The position numbers and the translations under genes are program-made. From Nitrospirota bacterium (GTDB lineage: Bacteria; Nitrospirota; UBA9217), in assembly GCA_963840455.1 (NCBI GenBank), contig CAWIYV010000012.1, forward strand, positions 1 through 63,747: 63,747 nt of DNA, written 5' to 3'. Below the pieces are notes generated by a model. The model saw only the letters and a list, made by a program, of their open reading frames with translations, had not been told where the DNA came from and searched no databases. Within the stretch, counting starts at the first letter, position 1. Each line of letters opens with the position of its first letter. Of the stretch, positions 39,610 through 50,466 are shown piece after piece.

Positions 39610-40785
39610 TCAGGGCCTCATCCAGGCGCTGCCAAACTGCACGTAAATGGCCGTGACATCGGGTCCGAACGCAAGGTCCACGCCCATGTGCAGCCCGTAT
39701 GCACGCGCGATCTCGTAACGGAATCCTGTGCCGCCGGTCACGACCGTGAGCTTGTTGTCGACACGCTCGAAGTCATTCCACGCCGCGCCGTAGCCGGCAA
39801 AGCCGATGATGCTGAAGCGCTTCCAGCATTGCCATCTCAATTCCGCTTCTGCCTGGGCCACCTCCTCGCCCTGGTAACGCATGACCGGCGCGCCGCGCAA
39901 AGCGATAAAAGGCCGCATATAGAACGGCACGTCGCCGGAGCTGACCGTAGCGTCGCCGCGCAGGCCCATCGACACATCCTCATGGAGCGGGATATATTGC
40001 ATCGCGGTCAGGCTGTGGCGCTGGAACTCGTCGTCACCGCCAAAGGCCGGGGCGAAGAATCCGGCCGTCAACTCGACGAACGAACCCTTGGCCGGCGTGA
40101 ACATATTGTCCCGAGAATCGTAGGAGAGCGTCGGTGCCACTCCTCCCACGCGGGACTCCCGTTGCAGGTCCGGCAGACCGGGTATCGTGTCCGGCGTATC
40201 AAAGGTGACCTGCGTGGAAGCCAGCGCGTAGCCGAGCCCGGCCCAGAACTTCGAGCCGCCGAGCCGGTACTTCGCCCGGACCAGGCCTACCAGGGGTTCG
40301 AGGTTGTAGGACCTTGGATGGTTCTGCAGAACGTTGTCCCGGCCGATACCGTAGAAATCGAGGTTCACCGAGGCTCGGACCACGCCAACGAGCGTCTGCA
40401 GCCGTTCATCCATCCAGTGGCGTATGTCGCCGGCCATCACGCCCCACGTGCCGTTCTCGGTGCCCAATCCTCCGACGAAGGTGATGTTCGGGCGCCCATA
40501 GCCGGCCTGTGCTTTGCCCAGGGGCTTGTCAATGAACGCCAGTCCGCCCGCGGCACCGTAGCCGACTGCCGGCTCGGTGATGGGGATCACCACCGGGAGG
40601 AAGCCGTAGGCCTTATCCAGGAACGCGCTCACGTCCAGCCAGCCGTCGTCGGCCGACCGGAAGTTGGATGCAGTATCCGTTGCAGCACTCTTTAACGCTT
40701 CACCATCCGCAGGAGGCGGTGATGCCGCAGCCACAAGGGGCCGTAATATGCTCAACCACAGGACGATCCATACAGCGCACCTCAA
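39610..40785 (-). CDS. BamA/TamA (Omp85)-like barrel lacking POTRA domains
   Basis: Signal peptide; ITEPAVGYG, YDSRDN.F.P..G, LRG...RYQG and GTGFRY motifs; ends YVQFGSAW. Confidence 0.75.
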   Translation of the reverse strand: MRCAVWIVLWLSILRPLVAAASPPPADGEALKSAATDTASNFRSADDGWLDVSAFLDKAYGFLPVVIPITEPAVGYGAAGGLAFIDKPLGKAQAGYGRPNITFVGGLGTENGTWGVMAGDIRHWMDERLQTLVGVVRASVNLDFYGIGRDNVLQNHPRSYNLEPLVGLVRAKYRLGGSKFWAGLGYALASTQVTFDTPDTIPGLPDLQRESRVGGVAPTLSYDSRDNMFTPAKGSFVELTAGFFAPAFGGDDEFQRHSLTAMQYIPLHEDVSMGLRGDATVSSGDVPFYMRPFIALRGAPVMRYQGEEVAQAEAELRWQCWKRFSIIGFAGYGAAWNDFERVDNKLTVVTGGTGFRYEIARAYGLHMGVDLAFGPDVTAIYVQFGSAWMRP

Positions 40786-40814
40786 TAGGTTCGGTCTCCT
40801 TCTGAGAACGACGT

Positions 40815-43221
40815 CTACTGGCCCGGAGGGACGATCTTCACGGCGATCGGACCCTGCGCATCGATGTGGACATCCCGCTGAGGGAAAGCGATCACCACAC
40901 CGGCGCGGGCGAGGGCCTCGGATATGCGATGGCGGATCTCGCTCACGATGGCACGGTTGTCCCTGACCGAAATGAGATCAAGCCAGAAGTAGACCGTAAA
41001 GGTGAGCGCATTGTCGGCAAAATCCTCGAACAGCACCGCTACGGGCGGGTCCTTCAGCACCGTTGCATGGCCTTCAACAGTCTCGAGGAGGATTTGTGAA
41101 ACCTTCCTCGTGGGAGAGCCGTAGGCGACACCGACTGCAATGGAGTACCGCATCCTTTTGTCGGAAAGTGTCCAGTTCGTCACTTTCTGCTGGATGAACT
41201 GGCTGTTCGGGACCAGCAGTTCCACACCGTCGAAACGCTTGATATGGGAACTCCTCATGCCGATCGCGGTGACCTTTCCCCCCTGCCCGTCCACCTCGAT
41301 AATATCACCGACGGTGATCGACCGGTCAAAGAGCAGGATCAGCCCGCTGATGAAATTGTTGATGAGATGCTGGGCCCCGAATCCGACGCCGATGACCAGA
41401 GCGCCGCCGAGGAAGGCAAAGACGGCAAGCGGGATGTTCACGGTTACCAGTGAGAGCACGAGCACAGCGACGAACATGATGAGGAGGAATACCTTGCTTA
41501 CCTGGTCCGCAAAGCTATCGTCCTTCTTGAACCTCGTGGTCACGATCCAGTGTATCGGCCTGATGAGGTGCCGTGCCAGCCACCAGCCCACAACGAGGAT
41601 CACGATGGCCTGGAGCACCTTGCCCAGGGTGACACCGACCGGCTTTACGATCTTCGTGCCCTCGGCAATGACCGTCTCCTCGGCCACATAGAGCTCAATG
41701 TTCCACATCCTTTGAATAAAGGAAAATACATCAGCGAAAAGCTTTTTTACGCGACTTGCTAAGGGGGCATGCTTCTGCCGCTCCCTGAGCTCATCGATCA
41801 TGCTGTTTGCCAGTTGTTCAACCCGGCCAAGCGTCTCTGCCGCCCTGAGGAGCAAGGCCTGCCGGTCCTCGTAGGCCTTGAGGATGACGCGATCAGTGCT
41901 GCGTTCTGCCTCGGTCCTGTCCACTTTTTCGATCTTTTCCCGTTGGCTCTGAATGAGCGTCGCCCACTTCGTAATTCTGGTCGAGACGAAATTTTTTCCA
42001 TATCTGCATGCTGGCCATCACCAGCTGCGTCTGATCGATCTTTTCCCTGACCTGTGAGATGTCCTGGTTTTGGGTGAGCCAATAGCGATCTTCCCACATC
42101 GTCCGGGAGATGTCATAGAGCTGGAGCAGTCTCCGCATGACGTCAGCCTGCCCTCCAGCGGCTTCGGCCAGGGCCTGTTCTCTCTCGACAGCGGATTGGA
42201 TCCGGGCCACTTCTGCGAGCTGCTTCGAAGAAGGCTTCTTTCCCGGCTTGATGCCGGTGAGGGCCCCGGCCAATACATCGCGGGATTTCTGAAGGGACGC
42301 TTTTAGCTCGTCCTCTTCTTTCACGGTACGGCCGAGGTCGCGCTCCAGCGCCCTTCGCTGGTTGTCCAGTTCCTGAAGTTTCTGCTCGAGGTCTGTCTTC
42401 GAAAGCGGAGAGACCTGTTCCGCAACCGTGAGCTTCTGCTCGAGGAACCGGATGTACTCCTTTTTGTCAGAGGTCGCCTTCTCGAGCATCAGCCGCTGGG
42501 TCTCGGCGTTTGCTATCGCAACCTCGTTCAGATCGTTCTGCAGCCGCATCAGATCAAGGAGCCAGCGCTGCCGGCCCTCCGCGGCCGTTCCGACGCTCTT
42601 TTCGAGCCGCTCGCTCGCGAGGCGCAGCTCCTTTTGCGACTCACTCAGGTCCTTCGTAAATTTCCGGAGGTTTCCCCTGGCAACGGTGAGCCTCAGTTCA
42701 AGCGTCTCGAGGTCCAGCCGCTGCGCGAGGATCGAGTCACGCAAACCGTCCAGAAACGAGATCGGGAAAGGCGGTTTCTCGGTAAAACCCTGCCAGGCCC
42801 TCATCTCTGCGGAACGCTCAATGCTCGTCTTGCGGATATCCTTCAACTCCCTGAGGCCCTGGGCATATCTGTCGAGCGTATTCATCAGTTCACCCAGAAG
42901 CCGCTGCCGCTTCCGGAGCTCTTCCGGAGACGCCGTAAGCAGTCCCCCCTTCTCAGCGTCCGCCGCCTCGGCAGCTGCCGCCGACTCCTTCCGGAGAGCA
43001 ACAAGCCGGGATTCTATCCGGGCAACGGCCTTGTCGATCTCTTCGTCTGTAGCAGGAAGCGATGCCTGTGCGACAGTGCCCTGAGCGGGCGTTTGCTCCT
43101 TTTCAGACAGAAAGGCGGGAAGCTTCTGGGCCGAGACAGGGGAAGGCACGGTGAGCACAACAAGCATGCTCACAACGATCAGGGAGAGCACACCATCAGA
43201 GTACCTCCGCAGAGCGCGCAT
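40815..43221 (-). CDS. Mechanosensitive channel, MscS/MscK-like with long coiled-coil N-terminus; frameshifted near 41900-42000
   Basis: ORF 41893..43356 gives signal and coiled coil (start uncertain). ORF 40815..41924 has GVGFGAQ..INNFISG, VPNS, NWT, GVAYGS and IAFPQRDVH. Confidence 0.82.
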
Positions 43222-43368
43222 CAACCGAGAGCCGCACTGTTCATCTGCGGTCATTGGTACGACGGACGAGAATCTGGACATGCTTGCAGCTATCGGTCGT
43301 ATCAGGCCGCACGTCCTGAAGTAAATGAGAAGACCTTGCATAGACGACGCGCTCATGCTCTTATGTCC

Positions 43369-46110
43369 TCATTTCCCCTTCGTCCCCGCGCTTGGACCGC
43401 CCTTCACGAACGCCGCTGCCTTGCCCTCGCCCAGCGCCGTCCTGGGATCCAGAAGACCGTAGAGCTGGATCAGCTTCGCCACAAGTCCGGTCCAGCCGGT
43501 CTGGTGACTCGCGCCAAGACCTGCGCCGTTGTCACCGTGGAAGTATTCATAGAACAGGATGTGGTCTCGCCAGTTGGGATCGGACTGGAACTTCTCCGCG
43601 CCTCCGTACACCGGACGCCGTCCATCCTTGTCGCGGAGGAAGATGCGGGTGAGCCGGTCTGCGATCTCCTTGCTCACCTCGAAGAGGTTCATCATCTTCC
43701 CTGATCCCGTGGGGCACTCGATCTTGAAGTTGTCACCGTAATAGAGGTAGTACTGCAGAAGCGCACGGATGATGAGCGCGTTCACGGGCATCCAGACCGG
43801 CCCGCGCCAGTTGGAATTGCCCCCGAACATTCCAGTGTTCGACTCTGCGGGGAGATAATCCACGCGGTGCTCCTGGCCGCCCGCATAGAACACATAGGGA
43901 TGCTTCTCATGGTACTTTGAGAGCGACCGGATGCCGTAGGGCCCCAGGAATTCGTTCTCGTCCAGCATTTTGGAGAGCACCCGGCGCAGCCGCTCCGGAT
44001 TCAGCAGCGCCATGATCCCCCGGTCCGCCACGCCGAAATGGCCCGGCCCGGTCGGATGAATGGTCTTCAGGAGCTCCGGCATCCTCTGCTGGCGCTTCAG
44101 GATCATTTCCACGGCTCGCGGGACGCGCTCGCGCTGCGACTTCTCGATGACCGTGACGGCGCAGAGCGGCAGCAAACCTACCATCGAACGGACCTTCAGC
44201 CGCGTGGCGCTTCCGTCAGGCAGCCGCAGGATGTCGTAGTAGAAGCCGTCCTCGTCGTCCCACATGCCGTCCCCGCCGGGACGGTTCATGGCCGCGGCGA
44301 TGTAATAGAAATGCTCAACGAACTTCACGACCAGGTCCTCGTAGGAGCGGTCGTGGAGGGCGCACTCGAAGGCGAGCTCCAGCATGTTCTGGCTGAAGAG
44401 CGCCATCCAGGCCGTGCCGTCCGCCTGCTCCAGGTTGCCGCCCGTGGGCAGCGGCGCGCTGCGGTCGAAGACGCCGATGTTGTCGAGGCCGAGGAAGCCG
44501 CCTTCGAAGACGTTCTTGCCGAAACGGTCCTTCCGATTCACCCACCAGGTGAAGTTCAGCATCAGCTTGTTGAACGCCGACTTGAGGAACTCGACATCGG
44601 TCTCGCCGCGCAGAGCCTGCTCGGTGCGATGCAGGAAGAGCGTCGCGAAGGCATGGACCGGGGGGTTCACGTCGCTGAAGTTCCACTCGTACGCGGGCAT
44701 CTGGCCGTTGGGGTGCAGGTAGAATCCGCGCAGCATGAGCTCCATCTGCTCCTTGGCGAAGTCCGGGTCCACGATCGAGATCGGGAGCGTGTGGAACGCG
44801 AGGTCCCAGGCCGCGTACCAGGGGTACTCCCACTTGTCGGGCATGGAGATGATGTCCTCGTTCAGCATGTGGAACCACTCCGAGTTCCGGGAGGGACGGT
44901 ATCCGTGATGGAGCGGATGGGAGTGGTGCTCCTCCAGCCAATTGTCGCCGTCGAAGAAGAAGAACTGCTTGCTCCAGAGCATGCCGGCGATGGCCTGACG
45001 CATCACGCTGGCCTCGTCCGGAGAGACCGCGGGCGGCGTCACGGCCTTGTAGAACTCGTCCGTCTCCCTGAGCCGGTCTGCGAAGGTCGCGTCGAACTCG
45101 GGGCCGAAGGCACCCACATCACCTGCCTTCGCGAGCCGCAGCCGAACGACCGCGCTCTTGCCGCCGCCGATCGAGAGCTTGTAATGCGCCGCCGCCTTGG
45201 TGCCCTGCTTTTCCGGGTTCACTGCGTTCGTTCTGCCGTTCACCACGCAGTCGTTGATGCCGTCCTTGAGATACGGACCGACGTCCGGGTAGTCGAGGCC
45301 GAGCCGCTTGTGGTTCGTCGAGTTCTCGGTGAAGAGCATCGGCACCTCGCCCTCGCAGGAGAAGGTGAACTCGCCCAGGACCGCGTGTTTCGCCTGTGCC
45401 GCGATCGCGCCCTTCGCGGCCTTCACCTGCCGGATCTCCGGCCGCGCAGGCGCACGGTTCTCCTTGGTGATCCACTCGGCCCAGTCGTTCCGGAACCAGA
45501 GCGTCGGCAGGAGATGCAGCTCCGCGGCCTCGGGCCCCCGGTTGAAGGCCGTGATCTTGACGAGGATGTCCTCGGGCCCGGCCTTTGCGTACTCCACGAA
45601 GACGTCGAAGTACCGGTCTTCGTTGAAGACACCGGTGTCGAGGAGTTCGTACTCCATCTCGTCCCGCGTGCGGCGCTTGTTCGTCTCGATCAGGTCAGCG
45701 TAGGGATAGGCCGCCTGCGGGTACTTGTAGAGGTACTTCATGTACGAATGCGTCGGCGTGCTGTCGAGGTAGAAGTAGTACTCCTTCACGTCCTCGCCGT
45801 GGTTGCCTTCGCTGTTCGTGAGACCGAAAAGCCGCTCTTTCAGGACCGCGTCCTTCCCGTTCCACAGGGCGAGGGCAAAGCAGAGGTGCTGTTTGTCGTC
45901 GGAGATGCCGGCGATGCCGTCCTCACCCCAGCGATAGGCGCGCGAACGGGCATGGTCGTGGGTGAAGAAGTTCCAGGCGTCGCCGTTCGGGCTGTAGTCC
46001 TCGCGCACGGTCCCCCACTGCCGCTCGCTCAAATAGGGGCCCCACTTTTTCCAAAGAACTTTCCCTTCTCTCGCCTCTTCCAGTCTTTTTATTTCTTCGT
46101 TGTTCTTCAT
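43369..46110 (-). CDS. MGH1/GH63-like glucosidase
   Basis: [41 protein letters not shown] and [19 protein letters not shown] motifs. Confidence 0.9.
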   Translation of the reverse strand: MKNNEEIKRLEEAREGKVLWKKWGPYLSERQWGTVREDYSPNGDAWNFFTHDHARSRAYRWGEDGIAGISDDKQHLCFALALWNGKDAVLKERLFGLTNSEGNHGEDVKEYYFYLDSTPTHSYMKYLYKYPQAAYPYADLIETNKRRTRDEMEYELLDTGVFNEDRYFDVFVEYAKAGPEDILVKITAFNRGPEAAELHLLPTLWFRNDWAEWITKENRAPARPEIRQVKAAKGAIAAQAKHAVLGEFTFSCEGEVPMLFTENSTNHKRLGLDYPDVGPYLKDGINDCVVNGRTNAVNPEKQGTKAAAHYKLSIGGGKSAVVRLRLAKAGDVGAFGPEFDATFADRLRETDEFYKAVTPPAVSPDEASVMRQAIAGMLWSKQFFFFDGDNWLEEHHSHPLHHGYRPSRNSEWFHMLNEDIISMPDKWEYPWYAAWDLAFHTLPISIVDPDFAKEQMELMLRGFYLHPNGQMPAYEWNFSDVNPPVHAFATLFLHRTEQALRGETDVEFLKSAFNKLMLNFTWWVNRKDRFGKNVFEGGFLGLDNIGVFDRSAPLPTGGNLEQADGTAWMALFSQNMLELAFECALHDRSYEDLVVKFVEHFYYIAAAMNRPGGDGMWDDEDGFYYDILRLPDGSATRLKVRSMVGLLPLCAVTVIEKSQRERVPRAVEMILKRQQRMPELLKTIHPTGPGHFGVADRGIMALLNPERLRRVLSKMLDENEFLGPYGIRSLSKYHEKHPYVFYAGGQEHRVDYLPAESNTGMFGGNSNWRGPVWMPVNALIIRALLQYYLYYGDNFKIECPTGSGKMMNLFEVSKEIADRLTRIFLRDKDGRRPVYGGAEKFQSDPNWRDHILFYEYFHGDNGAGLGASHQTGWTGLVAKLIQLYGLLDPRTALGEGKAAAFVKGGPSAGTKGK

Positions 46111-46155
46111 GATCTTTCACCTCCGATGGTCACCTTGGGATCGTATATAATCTCA

Positions 46156-47964
46156 TCACCGAGCCGGGACCGACTTCGCCAGCTTCGCAGCGTTGGCGCC
46201 CGCGATCCTGCCGAAGGTGATTGTCTCGGATATGGAATTACCGCCGAGCCGGTTCGTGCCGTGGACCCCTCCGGTCACCTCGCCTGCGGCGTAGAAGCCA
46301 GCGATCGGCTTGCCGTCCTTGGCCATCACCTGGGTATCGGTGTTGATCTTGAGCCCGCCCATGGTGTAATGGATGCCCGGCTTGATCGCGATGGCATAGT
46401 ACTTGGGCGTCCTGAGCGGCCGCGGCAGGTCGGAACGCTTGAACTCTGCGTCGTCCTTCTTGTCGAAGGCCTGGTTGTAAGTATCGATCGTCGCCTTGAG
46501 CGCCTGCCCCGGCACCTTGATCGCTGCGGCCAGAGCTTCGGGGGTCTCACCCTCCTTGACCAGTTCGAGGTGGAAGTACCCGTCGATTTGCTTCAGGCTC
46601 TGCCTCACGCCTTCGTCAAAGACGAGGTAGGCCGATTTGCCCGTCTGGGCAAGTATGGCGGCCGATGCTTTGTCCCTCGTCGTCAGCTCGTTCATGAACC
46701 GCCTGCCTTCCTGGTTCACCACGATGGCGCCGTTGCCCCGGACCGCTTCCGTGATCAGGATCTTGCTGCCCGCGGACACGGTGGGGTGGATCTGGATCTC
46801 TTTCATGTCCTTCAGCTCGCCGCCTGCCGCGGCTCCGATGTCCAGACCGTCACCGGTCGCCCCGGGCTGGTTGGAGGTCGTCATACCCTTGAACTCAGGC
46901 CGATAGTAAGCGACCTTTTCCGGATTGGCGGAGAATCCCCCCGCAGTCAGGACCACCGCCTTTGCGTTGATCGTGTACAGGCCGCGGTGCTTGCCTTCCA
47001 CCTGGACGCCCGTGACCGCTCCCTTCCCATCCTCGATAAGCTTCACCACCTTGCTGTTCACGCGCACGTCTATGTTGCGCTCTGCAGCGTTCCGGCGAAG
47101 GGTATCCACGATATTAGCACCCACGGCAGCGCCACCCTTGGGCCCGTGCCTTCTGTCCACGCTTGCGCCGGCCATGCGGCCCACATTGCTCAGGTCTGCT
47201 CCCAGCGAGGTGAGCCAGTCCACGGAGGAGGCGGAGTTCTTTGCCAGAATCTTCACCAGCTCGGGATCGTTCGCGTTGTTGCCGCCGGTCATGGTGTCCT
47301 TGATCATGAGATCGACCGAGTCCTGGATGCCCTTCTCCTTCTGGTACTTCGTCTCCGCCGCGTTCATGCCGCCTGCGGCCAGCATGCTGTTGCCGCCGGT
47401 GATCGGCTGCTTTTCGAGAACGATCACTTTAGCCCCTGCGTCGTGGGCCGTGATGGCAGCCGTCATACCCGCCGCGCCTGCGCCGATGACCACCACATCC
47501 GCCTGTTCAGCTGCCTGCTGTCCGGCAGGCTTCGCTGCCGCCATCGGACTCCCCGTGCCTTCTGCTGCCGGGATCCTCATCGCGAAGTCGTGGCAGTTCA
47601 AGCAATAGACCTGGGACGCCGCGTGACCATGATGGCAGGCAGTGCAGTTGATCTCGCCGAGATGGGATCTGTGAGGGTTGATGTGGCCCGTGGCCTTCTT
47701 CCCCACTTCCGAGAGGGGGCCATGGCACTTGACGCAGTTGCTGTTCACCGGTTGTTCATTGTCATCCACAATGTTGCCGCTTGTGCCGTGGCAGGCATCA
47801 CAATTGATCTGCTTCTTGGCATGTATATCCGCGAGAAATAAGGTTGCTGGGGCAGGCTGCGCAGATTTTCCTGCTACCGGCCCTTCCTTCGGCGTTGATG
47901 CGCAGGACCACGAGAACAGCGACAGGATGAGCACTGATAGAACTAAATATTTGACCGATTTCAT
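46156..47964 (-). CDS. Tetraheme flavocytochrome c (Fcc3/FccA-like reductase), probable lipoprotein
   Basis: CDACH, CVKCH, CTACH, CLNCH; GAGAAG; IHPT, TEAVRG, TTRD, HYTMGG and NRLGGNS motifs; signal ending SWSC. Confidence 0.9.
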   Translation of the reverse strand: MKSVKYLVLSVLILSLFSWSCASTPKEGPVAGKSAQPAPATLFLADIHAKKQINCDACHGTSGNIVDDNEQPVNSNCVKCHGPLSEVGKKATGHINPHRSHLGEINCTACHHGHAASQVYCLNCHDFAMRIPAAEGTGSPMAAAKPAGQQAAEQADVVVIGAGAAGMTAAITAHDAGAKVIVLEKQPITGGNSMLAAGGMNAAETKYQKEKGIQDSVDLMIKDTMTGGNNANDPELVKILAKNSASSVDWLTSLGADLSNVGRMAGASVDRRHGPKGGAAVGANIVDTLRRNAAERNIDVRVNSKVVKLIEDGKGAVTGVQVEGKHRGLYTINAKAVVLTAGGFSANPEKVAYYRPEFKGMTTSNQPGATGDGLDIGAAAGGELKDMKEIQIHPTVSAGSKILITEAVRGNGAIVVNQEGRRFMNELTTRDKASAAILAQTGKSAYLVFDEGVRQSLKQIDGYFHLELVKEGETPEALAAAIKVPGQALKATIDTYNQAFDKKDDAEFKRSDLPRPLRTPKYYAIAIKPGIHYTMGGLKINTDTQVMAKDGKPIAGFYAAGEVTGGVHGTNRLGGNSISETITFGRIAGANAAKLAKSVPAR

Positions 47965-48019
47965 AGTTCCTCCTTGTTCGAATAGAAATACTATCAATTA
48001 CGCTGGGAACGGTGGATAC

Positions 48020-49336
48020 TTACGTCTCCTTCTTCTTGGACCTTTCCATCCGTTCGCGGACCAGCGTGATGTGCATCCGCAAGGTATACAGCATGTTCGA
48101 GTAAAATACGGGCACCCGGAGATGGTTTGTTTTTTCTTCGAGCCGGTCAAGCCGCGAACTCAGATCGCCAATATCCTGTCCAGCACCATGGGCTTCCAGA
48201 TCCCTTTCAAGGAACCTCAACTCACCGTACAGCCGGAAGATCCGCCGCTGCATTTGCAGGCCATATAAGGCCGGCGCGAACCGCACCAATGGATAGATCA
48301 CGCCGACCACCGGAATGAGCAGGACCAGCAGCCGGTCCACCAGTACTGCCAGCCAGAACGGGAGATGGCGCTGGAGGAAAGGTCGTCCCGACTTATGGAA
48401 CTGGCGAGCTTCATCGCTCAGCGGGAGATCGATAGACTCCGCTGCAGGGAACTGCCCCGCTTTATTGAAGATCCCCGGTCCTGAATGGATATTCTCCGCA
48501 GCGTCGAGAAGCAGATACTGGATCGCCGGATGAAGGTCTTGACGCACCACCAGGCTGGCCTTCGGCGCAAACAGCAGCACATCCGTAGGCGGCCGGTTCT
48601 TCGCCAGGTCACCCACCCCGGCGGGCACTGTCAACTTGTTCAGGAACGGGTACAGCGCAATATAGGCATCCGTGCGGGGGAAGCTCGCGAGCTCGATGTT
48701 CTTGCCGACAATCAGCCGCTGCACCACGGGAGAGTCCCAGGAGGTCAGCATGAACGCCGCGTCGATCTCGTTCCGGAGCAGTCTTTCGCCGGCCTGCTGG
48801 GGCGTGAGCGAAAGCAGTTGCGCGAAGCTCTCGTTGATCCCATTCAGCGAGAGCAGTTTGAGCGCAATCGCCCGCGTGCCGCTGCCCTCGGGCCCGATCG
48901 AGATCTTCTTGCCCCGCAAGCCCTGTATCCCTTTTGCCCGGTATTCTGTCCGATAGAAGAACCACAGGGGCTCATAGAAGACCGTGCCGAGGGACTCGAG
49001 TCCGGGCGAATCCTTCCTGCTCGTCATGCCGCTCTGCAGAAAACCGACCTGCACGTTCGACCGGGGGTCGCGCAACCGTGCCAGGTTCTCCACAGAACCC
49101 GCGGTCGGGAGAAGCCGAAGATCGATCCCCTGGTGCGCGAGAAGTTCACGGTAGCGTTTCCCAACCTCGTAAGTCGCGCCGCCTTCAGGCCCGGTGGCCA
49201 TGGTAACCGTACGCGGCGGCATCGGACGCAGGGCAGCGATGGCCACCCACAGCACTGCGACGATGAGCGCCGCCACGGCGAGCACCGCGATCATGAGATA
49301 AGGCCGATGTGTTCGGAAGTAGTCTCTTACCATCAT
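48020..49336 (-). CDS. TAXI-family solute-binding protein with C-terminal membrane extension
   Basis: MATGPEGG.Y, TAGSVENL, YEPLW and GPEGSGT motifs; C-terminal LPFW..V...TM segment. Confidence 0.82.
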   Translation of the reverse strand: MMVRDYFRTHRPYLMIAVLAVAALIVAVLWVAIAALRPMPPRTVTMATGPEGGATYEVGKRYRELLAHQGIDLRLLPTAGSVENLARLRDPRSNVQVGFLQSGMTSRKDSPGLESLGTVFYEPLWFFYRTEYRAKGIQGLRGKKISIGPEGSGTRAIALKLLSLNGINESFAQLLSLTPQQAGERLLRNEIDAAFMLTSWDSPVVQRLIVGKNIELASFPRTDAYIALYPFLNKLTVPAGVGDLAKNRPPTDVLLFAPKASLVVRQDLHPAIQYLLLDAAENIHSGPGIFNKAGQFPAAESIDLPLSDEARQFHKSGRPFLQRHLPFWLAVLVDRLLVLLIPVVGVIYPLVRFAPALYGLQMQRRIFRLYGELRFLERDLEAHGAGQDIGDLSSRLDRLEEKTNHLRVPVFYSNMLYTLRMHITLVRERMERSKKKET

Positions 49337-49375
49337 GTCCGCACCCTATCCCCTTCTCAAGCCCCTGACCGCTCT

Positions 49376-49672
49376 CTACAGCGCTTTCTTTTCCTGCTGC
49401 TCTCGTTCCTCCTGGGCGCTGCATCCGCAGGCCGAAAAGACAAGAGCGTCTAGATCATTTCCGTTGTAGCTCCCTGCCGGACCATCACAGGTTATTCCTT
49501 CGCCTGCGACGAATGAACAGGATATCGGCGCTCCGTTGTTCGAGCACAGACCCGTGACTCCCTTGCTGTCACCGACCTGCACGTCCTTCCGGTCCTGAAT
49601 GGAACATGCTGATGCAACTCCATGCAGCAGCAATACGGCAGCTACGGTACATCCAATGACCGTTCGATTCAT
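49376..49672 (-). CDS. Small exported Cys-rich hypothetical protein
   Basis: Likely start MNRTVIG with RBS GAGGAG, signal peptide and 6 Cys in the mature part. Confidence 0.58.
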   Translation of the reverse strand: MNRTVIGCTVAAVLLLHGVASACSIQDRKDVQVGDSKGVTGLCSNNGAPISCSFVAGEGITCDGPAGSYNGNDLDALVFSACGCSAQEEREQQEKKAL

Positions 49673-49743
49673 ATCAGTTTCTCCTCTCATACATCCCCGC
49701 ACAGCGCCGAGAATGTTTGTTGCACGGCTGGTTTTCATCATCG

Positions 49744-50286
49744 TCAGGCACCGCGGCCGAGCGACTTGTTCAGCGTCGACGCCAGCGTTACCAATGCCAG
49801 CCCGGTCCCCAGCAGATTGACGCCCACCAGCACGCCCACTGCCCACATGCCGGACACGGGCCATTGACTCCAGATCAACAGCCCAAGGATCAACGACAGC
49901 ACACCGCTGGCCAACAGCCACTTCCAGCCGGTGGCCGGCTTATAGCGGAATGAAACGACGATCTTCCAGACGCCTTCCGCAACAAAATATCCCACCAGCA
50001 ACAAGGTGAGAAACGCCAGGCCGAAGAGCGGGTGGCCGATGACCGCGATTCCGGCCAATGCAGTGATGATGCCCAGGGTGAGCCCCATTGCCTTTTCCAT
50101 CGAGGCCCCGGCCTTCAGTTCCCGAACGACGGCCACGATCCCGGCGATGAGCAGAATGAATCCGATCACGATCATCAGGGCGCTGCCGGCCACAGCGGGA
50201 GACACCACCGCAGCCACACCGAGGGCTATAAACACAATGCCCAGCCAATGCAAATGCTCGATCGCAGATCGTCTTTCATTTCCCAT
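49744..50286 (-). CDS. HdeD/DUF308 membrane protein
   Basis: Six hydrophobic segments; GWKWLLASGVLS.ILG...WP.SG.WAVG.LVG motif. Confidence 0.85.
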   Translation of the reverse strand: MGNERRSAIEHLHWLGIVFIALGVAAVVSPAVAGSALMIVIGFILLIAGIVAVVRELKAGASMEKAMGLTLGIITALAGIAVIGHPLFGLAFLTLLLVGYFVAEGVWKIVVSFRYKPATGWKWLLASGVLSLILGLLIWSQWPVSGMWAVGVLVGVNLLGTGLALVTLASTLNKSLGRGA

Positions 50287-50373
50287 TGTTGTTCTCCTTG
50301 AAGAATCGTTTCGTGTATTGAGCAAAATACCCTGTTGCACATTCGTGAACCGTCAATGCACCTTCTCACTATT

Positions 50374-50450
50374 CACTCGACTTCCTGAACCCTCAGTCCC
50401 TTAACTCAGTCTTTCTTATTCCACTCGACCTCTTGAACCTTTGCCCCTCG
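50374..50450. repeat. Right-arm remnants of the octamer (GGTTCAAG-type) element
   Basis: CACTCGACTTCCTGAACCCT and CACTCGACCTCTTGAACCTT resemble the right arms at 54386 and 63592. Confidence 0.5.
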
Positions 50451-50466
50451 CCGCCCGTATTCCCGT

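Noticed and set aside
44038-47841. 1267-aa + strand ORF (also 60793..63453, 17243..18697, 52596..54002 and similar)
   Set aside because: These are antisense shadows of well-supported minus-strand genes in GC-rich DNA, with no recognisable motifs.
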